From NCBI GenBank assembly GCA_004022145.1, contig RCNU01000001.1: a stretch of DNA of 64,000 bases; one strand, given 5' to 3'. A program made the position numbers and the translations under genes. The DNA comes from Paecilomyces variotii (Eukaryota). Below are positions 27,280 to 40,919 of this stretch, piece by piece. The stretch's first letter is position 1; every line of letters starts with the position of its first letter. Below the pieces are notes generated by a model. That model made no database searches. It had not been told where the DNA came from and was given only the letters and a program-made list of their open reading frames with translations.

Positions 27280-30200
27280 CGAAGTACTAGTGTGGCAACT
27301 CCAGAGTATCTACTCCATATCTCCGAGGTCGATCAGTTCGTCATTCTCGCTCCTTTCTCTTTGCTTGGAGTTGTGACGCGCCACCTTGACGTCGTTGTGT
27401 TTCAGGAGCAAGGTCGGAGATCTCGGTTAAGTAACATAGATAACGCGCTAACTGGGGTGAGTGTGGTTTATAGTAGGATCTGATATGATGTGACGCTTGT
27501 ATGCGATCGTCTTTTGGTTGGATTTACGTATGTATTGAGGTAACTCTGAGTATTATGGTTGCTGTGTTTCGTGTGGTTATGGAGTATAGCTCGTACATAC
27601 TACATAGTTACTATTAGTATAGAGAATGGAGATGGGTATAGCTTTATATATAGATAGAGTAAAATAACGGTCGCAGTAGTTTTGCGCTAATATGTCCTTG
27701 GACGAATTGATAATTCGACTCCCCCATATATACATATCTTTATGTACGTGCATAACACAGCCAGGTAGAAATAGACTCGAGTAATGTTAGTTTTATCATC
27801 CTATTTGGTTTGACTATTGTCGAGTTGAGATTGACGGTCGGATACTGACGCGCTGGATCGGACCGATGGAGTATCAATCTCCGTACTGCTTACTCGTACC
27901 GTCTCTATTGTACCTGTACGCCGCAACGCTTGTCCTGTAATGCTCAACGTTGAGATTTTGACATCATAGTTGCTTTGATCAACATGCAGTCTGATCGTGT
28001 CGGGCGCATCCGACGTTGGCGGTGTAAGGAGGTACCTTGCTGCTGTTAGCAAAATTGGTGGGGATCCAGCGGTTCTCTTTAAGAGACCTCCGTATTATTG
28101 AGTACCTGCGCCGTATGTACAGTACTGTACCAGAGACAGATACGATTACTGGCTGTCTCGAGATCTATGTCCGTTGAGACGCCGCCAGAAGAGGTGTGAC
28201 CTAGTAATGATCAGAAAGGGTGGTAACCATGGAGTAAGAAGCAATGCATGCTTGTATCTGTCGATCAAAAGACCGAGGACTGGCCAAGCAGGTTCAAGAC
28301 CGATCTAATCTTCCTTGCCGTTTCACGAAAGGTCCAACCAGAGAGTCGATCATCAATAATTGCGAGGCCGTTAATTCTCCGACTCCCCCGCGCTCTGCAA
28401 TGCGGGAAACACCCACTAGACCAGATTAAATCTGTGTTCGCTCCCCCTGCGGCTGAAAAAGAGATTATCCATGATCTCGTACAGTGTGACTGCCGTGAAG
28501 TGAGGCGTGCCGCGCCATAGATACACCTTTTTGCTGCATCATGCATTCCTTGTGCAGGGTAGTTAGTTAGTTCCTGGAAAAAGAACCGTGAGGGGAAAAT
28601 TCCGGACTTCCCCTTGATTGAGGCGAAGCTTCCATATGGCAATGTTACACAATATCTCGCAGATGAGGAGTTAATCTAGAGAACCACAAAGCAGCATGGG
28701 TGGTGGTGGTGGCAAGCCTGGGGAAGAGAGAGCTGTGAAGGAATCGAAGATCCCCATTTGTCCGCTTGTTTCTTGCGAGATTTTTCTTTTCTTTTTCCTT
28801 TTATCTCACCTCAATGGCAGAAGGAATGTGAGGAAAGGATGCGACGATCGGTGGGCGGTTTTACGTAGCAGCTGTCTAAAGGAACCAACCATTCTGTTGA
28901 CCTCGCAAAGAACTTGGTAGGCATGTCTGACTCGACGCCCGTAACAGAAGCATCACAGGTATGACACATGACTTGTTCCCACCCAAGAACTCTCTTGTGA
29001 ACTGTCATTTTCGACCTGGTCAAAACTAAGAGATCGACTTAAGCTCGGGCGCGGAGAAGGCATGGCAGATCGTGGATGGATGACTGAACTAGACTTGCCT
29101 CAGCCTCCTCGACATACCTATCTAGGCTCAATCTCCGGAGAGTTGCTCTCTTTCCTGTTCCTCTTTGGACCTGCCTCATCGATGGACGCACAATGTGGAC
29201 CCAACTCCCTGGTTTGGAGGCTCATCAGCCGCTGTCATCTGGGATTTAGGTTGGTAGTGCTGTAGATGTTCGACTGCCAGGGGTCGCGTCCCTAGCATGA
29301 AAATACCCGAGCATGACCGTGAGAAGCTACATCGTATCGATCGATCTATCTGTGTCACCAAATGGTACGCATCACGGCCATCGCCGAGTAACGTAATCCT
29401 GTTTGGGAGGGAGGCAAAATACCAGGAGAACATTCATTTGGCATGCGTGAATCAAAGTTCTCTGGCACTTTCTTAGTAGTAGCTAACTTACTATGCATTA
29501 GTTGGTTAAGTAGTCAACGCAGATAAGTCTGCCCGAGCGGAATGAAACCAAGTCAACCACTGGTCCGCTGCAGAGTCTAATTTGGAAAAAAAGACTGCTT
29601 GGATTTTTGTTAATGGACAGCAGAACAGTGCCTCAGCCGCTCGCGCGCACCTGACACTGGTTGTCGGCATAGCTAGCGATGGAAGCTATTTCCAGGCGCA
29701 AGTGCGGCAGATAGACAGCTAGCGACGGACCTCAAGACCTTAAACAACAGGAGTTACCAGCCCTCCGGGATCTTGTTCCTTGATTTTTTCCACAGATGGA
29801 ACGCATGGCTTGTACTTAGTTAGCATTCTCATTATTTGTCATGCTTGGCCGCAAGGAGAATCGGGTTTGCTTAGCGATAACAATATGCGCCGATAGTTGG
29901 AAATGTAACCATTGTTGCCCAACGTACAAATCAATGGCCACGAACAGAAAATGCTAGAAGCCACGTATCTGACGGTATGCATCTGTAATGGCTCGTGTGA
30001 GAAAATCTGTTTGGGAATCTCTGGCGGATAGGGCGTCGAACTGGAGGAATTGGAGCAACCGCGGGGGCCAAAAAGCATTACATGGATAATTGTGTCGATG
30101 CTGGTATATCACCCGCACTTACCGACTGCGCGGCAATTCGAATCATATCTCAAGCATGGACCATCCCTGATGACAGAAATAGACCAGAAATGAGTCGGTC

Positions 30201-33200
30201 AGACCCTGAGCTGTAGGTCAATGCAGACCTTGTATGCACTGTACGTACTCCGTTATCTTGTCCCGGTCCACGGTACAGCTATCTGGTCTTTCTGTGGCTG
30301 GTGAGGAGAAGTGATAAAGGTAATAATACTCGTAAGCCCTTCAGCCACGTCTCTTTAGTCTGGTCGAGACCACATCCTCAAGGGATGCGCTTTAAGCGCG
30401 AGGAAGTGAGTCTCGTCAAAGTGGTCGGCTTTGCTCGGTCAGCGCTAAAGAGGTTAAGACGAATGGCGACAGTAGTGCAGTGCAGGCGCCCTACCCAGGT
30501 GTTCGGTACTCAAATGAACAGGGAGGGTTGCATATCGAGCAAGATCTGTCTCTGGCATCTGTGCTCACAATGTGACATGTCAACAAAAAAAGAGCGATCT
30601 GGGGGCTCCGTCGCGGGGACGCAGAGGCCCGTGGGACGGGGAGAGAACGCCACGCACAAGGTTCAAAGTGATAGCTACATCGAAGGTGATTCTCTTAGGG
30701 AAGAGGCCCAAGCACCAAAGAGAGGCTTTCGTGACTGTCCACCCTTGCTTGTGGCTATGTGCTGCTGCAGACCCGTAACTCTGTGATGACTTTCTATAAC
30801 TTAGCCCAGGAGTGTGGCCACCGGTTGCAAGAGCCGACACACCTTCCACGGAGTCCAATGGTTCGAATATACTGCAATAATAGATTCAAGGCGGATTGGA
30901 TTGTAGAGGATTGCTGGGTTACGACGGCACGGGCCGGGAATGACAATCCGCAAGGATAACCGCCAGCCTGTCAATGATTCATGCGGAAATAATCATGATG
31001 TTGATGATACAGTTTTATATTTAGCCTGAGACAAAGACTAAGATGACGGCGTCGATAACATCCGACCACTGAGTGTCCAAATTCCGTTCAAGTCGTTAAC
31101 TAAGTAGTACTCCTATACTTCTAATAGCGGTCACAAGACGCGAGTCGAGCGTTATCTGATTCGAGGATCAATGCACCCAGTAGTTGCTTCCGCAAGACGG
31201 TACGGATGACAGTATGACATTAAATGACTCCTAAATGCAAGTCCGTGAGCGATCGGATTGGCGAGGATAATATCAGCATTAACATCACCAAAGCCAATAG
31301 GAAACAAGATCCAAGAATTATTATATGGTACACTGCTTAATGCGAACACATGGTACAGCCCACCTGCGGGCTATACAAGGAAACCAAGTGTAGGATTATG
31401 GAAGGTGCCTGCTTGACAATGTCCGCTCCGAGATGGGAACTTGATACTTACAACCATCGCGGACTTTCCTTGTCCTCGGAATATTCACGTTTTATACTTA
31501 CCCCGGATATCAAAAGCCACTTGTTCTCCATACACGGTATGGTCGACTCCGTAGAGCAGATCCGACATCCCAAATCAACATCCTTGTATTTCTGACGACA
31601 CTCAACAGTATTCAATCTCCGTTCCGATCGGGCAGCAAACATTTGGGCTTAGCGTATCGACATCTCATGAGCTGTCTCCTACAAGGCCTGACCGTTTTGG
31701 CTCAGGTGGTGCAATTGTTGGTCAACTTCCTCCTGGGCGGCTGCACCGGTGTACCATGGGAACCACACTCTCAATTTGCGAGAGTTAATGGTCCATTGAT
31801 CTAGGTGTCTGCTAGACAGGCCTGTACGTCGACCCCGCCGCTGTTGGCGATGCTATTTCACCGATGCCCGACCGTAAAGCAATGCGAAATAAGCAGCCGC
31901 AATTACCGCCGCGATCCGATCCATGGTATGCACCCCAATTATTGGCTTTATCTTCATGTGAAGGCCATATTTATGAAAGAGTCTCCAAAGTACTAGTAGT
32001 ACCTAGGAAGGCGGTGTTCCTCTTTCAGGGATCCCTCCGGGTGCTAGAATAACAATAATAATGTCTCGATTTCGAGGCCAACCCCGCCCTTCCAGCTGGA
32101 CAACACCTCGTTGGTGTTTGCTATGGAGTCTGATTTAATCTCCCCCGCCAATCAAAGAGGCAAGGCTTTCCATGACTGGCCTAGATAGGAGGCAGAGATT
32201 CCAGTCACTACTGATCGCCTGCTCTTGGGGGCGTGCAGTATGGGACCTTCCTAATGGCGATAAAGGGCCCAAACCGACGAAAATCGGGCCAGGTTAGTGA
32301 CCGCTGCGTAGCAAAACCTGGTATATGCTGTACCAGTATATATCAATCCAAAATATCTGGGTATCGACGTAATGCGATTCATCCCTTGCATTCCTAACAC
32401 TAGAACTTGGATGGCCGCATCTCATTTCCGGCCGGCTTCGAATACGGCATGAACGAGGGCTCCTTCGCAACACCGCCCCTAATAATAATAATGGCGATTC
32501 AGATGCCGCATGTGGCAGCAGACAGCGAGATGGTGGCTCGCAGCCTGCTTGAACCCATGGCTGTTGATCCGCGCCGTTACTCCAAGTCAAAGCAGCCGTC
32601 GGGGGCCGGGCATTCCAGGAAACGGGATGTTGGAACGACGGATCGACTGGGCTGTTCGTAACTGGCAATATGTGGTGATAGTCGGTCAAGACTAGCTAGG
32701 ATGGTGGATAGTCTCGTGGTGGCATGGTGCAAGGAAACGTGATCCGCCTGATCAGCGACTGGGTCATAGAAGCGGTATGGAAACGTCTTTTTTTCTCTAC
32801 TAAGTCGCCTTTGGGGTCAACAGAGGGCCTTTGTGCAACGTGGCGATCTCCACTGATGTTGACAAGGGCATGCTTCAGCACTGTCAGCATCGTCATATTC
32901 TTGTAGAGGGTAGCAAGGCTCTGATTTTTTTTTTTTCCTTTTGGTTTTTTTTTCTTCTTCCCTTTCTTTCCCGCCTGGCACCATAGATGCTAGAATGGGG
33001 GTAAACGACAATGGGATTTAGAGCGACGCGAGCATCTCCTCTGCTCCACCGGCGTCATGGCGTCTCGGGACGGGCGACACTAGGCGTGAGCTTCCAGAGA
33101 CGCGGTAGCAGTCCAAACGGCACGATCCAGAGACTTGGGTAAGATAGCCAGCAGCAGAGCAGACGACCCTGCGTCCGTCGCTTGGCTGTTCTACCTTGGC

Positions 33201-34509
33201 CAGCCACTCGTATGAGGAAAAAGGAGCGTGGACAGCTTCTCCTTATCGGCAGCGTAGGCGAGAGGCAAAAATCAAGAGATCCATGGGGCGAATCCGCGGG
33301 TGTTCCTGACCCGTCGGAGCTGCCGTATGGCTCCGTACGGCGCCGTGTATGGATCGTATGGGGGGCGTATTCGTATCATTACCTAATCGGGAGAGACCAA
33401 CGTGACAATAAGGCCGCCCAAGCTGTGTATGGTACAGTACATAGGTACGCACAAGCGCACCGATCGTTGCCTAGTGCAACCCGATCGACCGTACCATACA
33501 GGTAATAAAACAGAGTACCTGGCATACGATACACGATACACGGCCGGTACTCGGTACCAGAGACCGTCTTCGCGGAGATGGACGGCGCTGGCTGTTGTCA
33601 CCGCCGAGCTTTGTCCCCCACCAGAATGAGGAAAATACCTACCATAGTTAACTAACTTACGGTCGCTAGATACTCCAAACCCAGCCCGTCTCTGGTCTGA
33701 CAGCTGTGCTGACGAAGGCTGGTCATCGTGCTTGTCCATGAGACGGTCAGCAGCATCAAGAGCTGCATCCAGAGAAACCTTACGCTTCTTGATGCTTATG
33801 CTCAGAGGCCGCCCTTACCTGGAGAGTTCGACGAGTCGAGAGTCTAAAAAAGAACGACTGGAGCGATCCGCCGGTTGCTCGACTACGCGCGACTATCAGC
33901 TCACCAGCCTCTTCTCTCTCCACCCGCCTCGGGGTCCACTACAGTCGAGGAAGGCAATTGTGACGCCCGAAACCCCTTCTTTCATCATCCCGGCCTGTGC
34001 GATCGTTACCCCTCCCTGCTTGGCGGCGTGAGGCTGCTGGAACATCCAACATCCCTGGCACGGCGTGGAACGAAGAAGCAAGCCAGGGCCCATGCTCTGG
34101 AAAGAGAGATGGAGCCTGTGGCGGCCCCAATCGACTTCTTCTCGGGCCTGGTAGGGTCAGCTTCGTAGTCGCGGCGGTCATTATTATTATTTTGCAGAGC
34201 CCAGCCGTCCTGGATCATTGGACCACATTTTGCTCCACTGGGGATTGTTCTCCAAAACGATCTGTCATCTCCGTCGCTCCGGTACATTATTGAATGTGAA
34301 GCAACGGCACTTAGTACTGGCGGTCGTCCGGGAATAGACCGGTGTACACTGTGCTTCGAGGACTGTTATCTTTCGGGGCGAAATCGAGAGACAGAGAAGT
34401 GTGTGAGTGTATCTCTGTGTGTGAGAAAGAGCGAGAACGATAGAGAGCAGAAGACCAGAAGAGGGGCAGGACGACAGTTACTCTCACATCTGACGGTGAA
34501 GAAACTCCC

Positions 34510-34529
34510 TTCTCTCTCTCTCTCTCTCT
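34510..34529 (+). repeat. (CT)n tract in the upstream/leader region of the Zn2Cys6 gene, preceded by GA/GT-rich tracts (~34385-34470)
   Basis: Pyrimidine run seen directly. CT-rich tracts are typical near fungal transcription starts. Confidence 0.7.
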
Positions 34530-35315
34530 TGTCTACCTACGGTCTACTTAGGGCAAGACGTCAGAACCCGAGAGCGTGGCTGCCGAGCATTCGGGAAAGA
34601 AACAGAGCGCTGTTACGAACTGCGTAACGAATCGACCTATACAATACCGCTTGGACCGTGCGGCTTGGAACTTTGCTCTGTGCTGGTGCTAAGGCCCATA
34701 TCTCTGCATTCTGGGTGCTTGTTCGCTGCTCGTCCTCGCCCACCGTCAAACAACCCCCCCCTCCCAATTTGTGCATGCATTGCTTTGCCAGGCCGGAGCA
34801 CTAGACGATACTGATTGCGCGCTTTTGCCTGGCTTCGCGTCCATCCTCACTTGTCCTGACGTTCTCCTAACACCCTCGTTACGGCCTGGTGGACAGCAGA
34901 GCGCTGCTTGATCGAAAGAGAGCTGTCAACGGTAGTTGTCCCACGGTAACACTCACCACCCCCGAAAGTAATCCGCATTCTCCGCGCTGGTCCTCCGCCA
35001 GCACGTAAACTGAAAAAGCCATAACGGGCTAATCGCGAAACAACAGATTTCAAACACATTGGACAGGAAAAGGGACAGTGCATAACCGGTGTCGGAGTCG
35101 TCAGACGCGCTTGGGAAAATTTTTGGTGCTCTTGGTCTTTCAAGTTTCCTTTGCGACAAAGTCTCGCCATACTGCCAGAACTGCCTACAGACCTTTTTTC
35201 CCTTTTGGCGCAAACCCGAGAAAAACAAACCATGTTATCAATGCCGGGGACTCTTTGATTGGATTTGAAACGACTTGCAACCGATGGCCGCAGCAGCCGT
35301 CGAGCTGATCTTAAG

Positions 35316-38300
35316 ATGGATGTAAATGCGACAGAAGAGAAGCCAAAGCCGTTACCTCCATACGGCGGTCCTCCGCCTCCGGCTCACCGCATGCCACCTC
35401 CCGAAGGAGCCCAAGGTGTACCATCCTCCCATGCAGTGTACGAGCCGTCCTGGCGTCCATATCCGCCGACCTTTGATGCCACTGCGGACCAGCGTCGGCC
35501 TACAAATGCTCCTCCGCAGCCCCCGATACCTCCGCATGGTTACCCAGTTCATCCCAATCGGGAGCTGCCGCAGATTCCTCACGAGGCGCCATATGGCCGT
35601 CCCAACAGTTTACCAGGACCGTCTCATTCTCCTCAGGATGCTCATCCACCGCCACATCCTGCCTATCGACCCATGAACGGAGCGCCTCCTCATGAGGCTA
35701 TCCCTCATACTGCCCCGGGGGAGTATAGGCCACGGATGGCGTATCCTCCTCACGAGTCTCATACAAACGGTGAACCGCCCCCTCATTCGATCCCTCCAGG
35801 ACAGTATCCGCCGGGTGTGCCTCATATGTCTCAACCCCCGGGGCCATATGAGCCTGGTTATTACCATAATCAAGCTTTCGGTGCTCGCCAGCGCAAAGCG
35901 GCCAGAGCGCAACAGGTAAGAACATCTGGTGCCCTATATGGAAGCTGGGTAGTGGATTTCTGACTTTTGTGTCCCTCTCCTGAAGGCGTGCGACCAATGC
36001 CGAGCAAGGAAGGCTAAATGCGATGAAGGTCGACCAGCATGCAGCCACTGCAAGGAGAATAACCTTGTCTGTGTCTATAAAGAGGTGCCTCCACATAAGT
36101 GAGTGGTGTTTGTCAATTATTGCGTTGACTTTTGTGTGTGTTGACCTGATCGAACAGGCAGGAAAAGGCTACTCAACTCGTTCTCGACAAGTTGCAGCAG
36201 ATTGAGGACCGAATGACGCAGCTACAAGCGCAGGTACAAGCGCAGCAGGTGGAGCACAGTGCTCAGCTCTCTCAGCAGAGTGCTCAGATCAGCGAAATCC
36301 TGTCTCGAGGATCTCCTTCGGCTGTTGTAGATATCCCTCCAACAGGTATTCCCGCCTCGAAAGCTGCAATTCTGCAGAACACCCCTGTCCAGCCATCCTT
36401 GAGTTCCACGGGTGTCTCACCTATACCGGGCGAGCATATGCCAAAGAGCGAGAATGTTCCTGTTCCCGGAGGCCCCAAGGTGGAGGGTGGTGAGAAGGTC
36501 AACGACCCTATGATCAAGGACGATGACGACGGCGAGCTTTCAATTCCGGTGGAACATACGACAGCGGCGCATAAGCTGTTGCTGTGGCCATCGATCCGGA
36601 GGCTACTAGGCCCCAAAGAATTCGACGAGGACTACGTGATGAGGTTGGAAGAGGAACGTGGGTTGATTCGCGTGTATGGACGAGGCGAAGGTGACGATCG
36701 CAGTGACTATGACCGGTCTGCCGGGAGTCCAACAACAAACAGTTCTAGTCCGTGCTGGGAAGATGATTACACGCAGGGTGCTTCGCCCAACCTGCCCTGG
36801 GGTACTGGTCTTCCAATAATGACGAACACAGCCCAACCAAAGACTCGAGATCAGCTTGTTGGTGGCCTGGACGAGTTTGGCCAGCTGAACACGGACCCGG
36901 AGACTGTACGCAAGCACCACAGAAGTTACCTTAACCATCTGCATATTCTGCATCCTTTCCTGGACGAGAACAGCCTCGAGCGCAAGATTGAGAGATTCAT
37001 TAAGCTCTACAGCCCACAACGGAAGAACAATCTGGGTCAGGTCATGCCAGGCAACCCGGGTGATCCGCCTCGAGGTGCCAAGCGGAAGCGTTCCTCTGAG
37101 GGGTTGCATGGTGTCGGATATGATATGCAATCCTCTTCCCCTTCCTCGAATCCCGAACGCCCTGTTTTGCGACGGATTGAGAAATCGATCGATAATGCTA
37201 TTATTCTTTTGGTCCTAGCGCTTGGTTGTATATGTGACTGGACGGACAAGCCGATACCTGGGCCTGTCAAAGACGCCTCAGATATCCAGAGAGACCAGAT
37301 GATGGCGACTTCGGCACCGTGGGCCAACGTGATGTCTCCAGCAGTCCCAGACTCTCCATTTCATTCGTCAGGAGGAGCAGGAGGAGGAGGTGGCAGTGGT
37401 GCGTATTTCAAGTCCTTCCCTTCTCCGACGGGATCGGATCACCGCAGAAGCGTCCCGGGCCGACCTCTGTCGTCCACAGGATGGTCCGCTCATGATGGAC
37501 CAGAATTCTCCCACCCGAAGAATATGGAGGTCATTCCTGGTCTGGCATATTATGCCTACGCCACGGATATCCTGGGCAATCTCCAGGGTGGAAATGGGCT
37601 AGCCCATGTCCAGGCCGGTCTCCTAGCGGGACTCTACGCTGGTCAATTGGCACATCCGTTCCAGAGCCACGGATGGATCTCGCAGGCATCCCGAGCGTGT
37701 CAAGTGCTTGTCCGGCCGTAAGTATCGATTATGCGATATGCCTTTAGCAGCGACTTACGCGTGAAAACAGGAGACGATATGAAAAGATGCAAGACGGCCC
37801 CAAGAAGGATCTCTATGATTTTGCCTACTGGACTTGTCTACAGCTCGAGAGGTAAGAATCGCCGGATCGGTTTGTTGATTATCATATTATACTGCTCAGA
37901 TAGGGACTGATCATATTGATATAGTGATATTCTTGCCGAGCTCGACCTCCCTGCTAGTGGCATATCGCGTTCAGAAGCGCGCATATCTTTGCCGAAGGGT
38001 GTCTTTACACTTACCCTTCCCAATGAAATCCGCGCCCCGAGTACTATGATGATGTTCTATTATTCAGCACAGATTCATCTTAGGAAAGTTCTGAACCGCG
38101 TCCATACAGATCTTTACAAAGCCGAGAGTGAGTCATGCAGCGGTGGACTAGGGCGATTGTCTACATACTAACTGCTATTTACAGAGAAAGGTCAAAGTCA
38201 GTGGTCGTCGAGTGTGCAGGAGGTGTTGAGCATGAACCTCGAACTATGGCGCAAGAGTCTTCCAGAGATCATGAGGTGGAAAGATAGCGATCCCCCGTCT

Positions 38301-38996
38301 AGTGACATTAACACAGCGCGTATGCGCGCGAAGTACTACGGTGCAAGATACATTATTCACCGGCCTCTGCTTTATCATGCGCTGCACTACGCTGATTTCA
38401 AAGAGGGATCTGCGGTTGACTCCCCCACTGGTTCTGCAGTGATGTCTGGTTCTCGATCCCAGCAAGTCTCCCCGTCAATGACACACAGCCAGCGGGCCAC
38501 AAGCATGGCCCGATGGTCTAGCGATATGGGACCCCCGGGCCGACATCCTTTGACGAATCCAGCGTGGCCATGTTGCCCGTTTAAACAGCTCCCGAAGAAA
38601 CTCCAGCTCGCGTGCAAGATCTGTATCGACTCCGCGATCCAGAGCACGGAGGCTTTCGACGGAATCCAAGGTCGACCGGTGATTACCAATATTTTTGGCA
38701 CAGCGCATGCGTAAGTGCATCTTTCTGCGGTCCTGCCTTCCCCGGACAAGGTCTTGCTGACTGCCCACAGACAATTTGGTAATATGCTTGTCCTTTCTGC
38801 AACCTACATCTCTAGTCTCTCTGAGCTCGTCGATCGCCACGTCCTCCAGCGACTTCTTAAACGGACGATCGACTTCCTTCTGCAGAGCAGGAATATCTCT
38901 CCCAGTCTGCGCGCGGACGCCGAGATCCTGACGGAGATCTATAATAAGCTTTTCGGAGACCAGGCCGCTACCAGCTTTACGTCGAGCTCCGTTTAA
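35316..38996 (+). CDS. Zn(II)2Cys6 transcription factor with a Pro/His-rich N-terminus (probable developmental regulator)
   Basis: Cluster ACDQCRARKAKCDEGRPACSHCKENNLVC. Introns 35916-35985, 36099-36157, 37718-37770, 37852-37924, 38128-38184 and 38711-38770 are canonical and frame-consistent. Conserved-looking blocks IPVEHTTAAHKLLLWPSI, AYWTCLQLESDILAELDLP, ARMRAKYYGARYIIHRP and TNIFGTAHAQFGNMLVL. Confidence 0.93.
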
Positions 38997-40919
38997 TTGG
39001 GTTGCCTATGGTGCACTTTAATGTTACTTCGTCTATATATCTACAACTGTTCGCATTGGGTCCATGTTACGTTCTGTCGATTTTGTTATTTCTAGGCTCG
39101 GATCTCTGTGTGCACACTATTCAGCAACGACCGTCTGGCCGGTGGGGAGGAATTTTCGAATGCATATCTTGGTGTGGCTGTTACCTGATCGCTTTGGCGT
39201 TGTGAGATCTGATTATATCTCCCGTCTCGGAGGCTCTAGCTCTCCCTGACGGGTTTCTCTTTGAAGATAGAGTCTTCCGGTGACTGAAGACAGGCGGATA
39301 GTTAGGTGGCAAGCGTCTGTCCTTGGGGGCCCATCCGATCCTCACGTTCTTCTTGCTTGGATAATGGCAGATCATGCTGCCTCAATTTCTCGTGTCCGTG
39401 AGAAATGAACTTTCATTCATTCCAGCGCCTGGCGGGTCGTCTCTTTGATTTGATTCGATGTTCTGCTTGTGCCATGGGTGGATTGCTGTGATGCTACCAC
39501 TTGAGACCATACATCCTGGACAGGTCTCCACATTTCCTGTTATCTGCTTGTTCCATCATATCCTGGGGATGGGCGGCTTTTCTCGATTCTTTATCGATTC
39601 ATCCGCGTTACCAGCGTGTTTACTGACGGCCCTTCTTTCTCCTAGCACCCGGTACGGTTTGGTTATTTTTGTCTTTTTCTGGGTAGGCTCACTCGTTGCA
39701 TTTTCGATATGCGCAGGGGACAAGTGGACTTGGCTTGTACATCTTTGGGTGGTATTTCGATGGTGGGAGTTCGTCGTGTTCGCATACAGGAGCACAATAC
39801 ATACATTGTCCGTAGTGTCGATGATATATCCCTGGCATTTTTGGATAGGAAATGTATCAAGACGTTCAAATCTAATCTTGTCTTTGCCGTCAACAACTGA
39901 AGACTATAGTTACTCGAGTAATTCCTCTTGTATAGATAGTGCGCACCTCGAGAGCTTTCCTGTTGCATTTTCTTCTGTTGGTCTACTGCATAGGAGAGTG
40001 CAGTGAGTGGCCAGCCAACACGACCAGCATGACTGAACTAATAATACCGCTAAGTAACTGCGATTAATAGTATTTTCAGCCAGCCCTATGCCAAGTTATC
40101 CACAGCTGCAGGGAGATTGATTGCTCACTTGCTGCAGCGCCGCACACACCAGCGTCGCCAGCGAACTAGCCTTGCAAGGAGACTGTCGAGACCAGATCGT
40201 TGGAGAGCAGCCCGACGACTCACACAAAGGCAGGCAAGGCGATCTCCCGATCTCGACTACTCAGATGGTCGTATCGGTTTTTATTTTCTGTCTTTTGCTC
40301 TCTCCCTCTGTCTGTCTGCTCATCGATTCACCATTGATATTCTCATTGAGCCCAGCGCGGCACGTGCCGTCCCAGCCTCACCGCGACTTCGCAGCCTTTC
40401 TTGTCTTGCTCTCTCTCTCTTTTCTTTCTCTCGCTCGCTTCGTCTTCCCTCCCCAACCTCCTCCTCCTCTGATCACCCGTCTATCGCTTTCCTGTACAAT
40501 TCTACTCGATGATATTAACGACCTGTTGAAATGAACTGATGACTGAGACGAATTTCCTTTGAACGCACACCTGTACGATAGGATACCCCCTCGACTTTAG
40601 AGTTGGCGCCATCTCCAAGCTGGAGTTGACCCCCAGGCTTACCGATCGGGTTGCTACCGCGGTTCAGCTCCGTCTCTGTTTACTCTGCCCCAGCGCTATC
40701 GCTAACTATCAAAACAACAACCCGCCTCTGACCTCGTCTCTAAACCAGACCGTTCTCGTCGCTGGATTGCCTAGTTCTTAATTTCCTGCGATCAGTATCA
40801 TCTTATTTCGGTCCGCTTTGCGCTGGTGAGGTGACGCTGTGATCGGGCATTCCCCGGAATTTGATACCCACATGGTTCTCGCTATCGCGGAGTAAAACGG
40901 AGCTCTCTCGCTGCCCTCC

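Noticed and set aside
30301..30786. 161-codon ORF in the gene desert, and similar short ORFs at 27-35 kb
   Set aside because: Non-ATG start, random-like composition, and no domain or splice support.
20747..35315. Starship or intact transposon in the long spacer
   Set aside because: No tyrosine-recombinase captain, transposase, RT or integrase ORF, and no long terminal repeat pair.
39458..40006. 174+ codon hydrophobic ORF downstream of the Zn2Cys6 gene
   Set aside because: T-rich 3'UTR-like sequence yields spurious Phe/Leu/Val ORFs.
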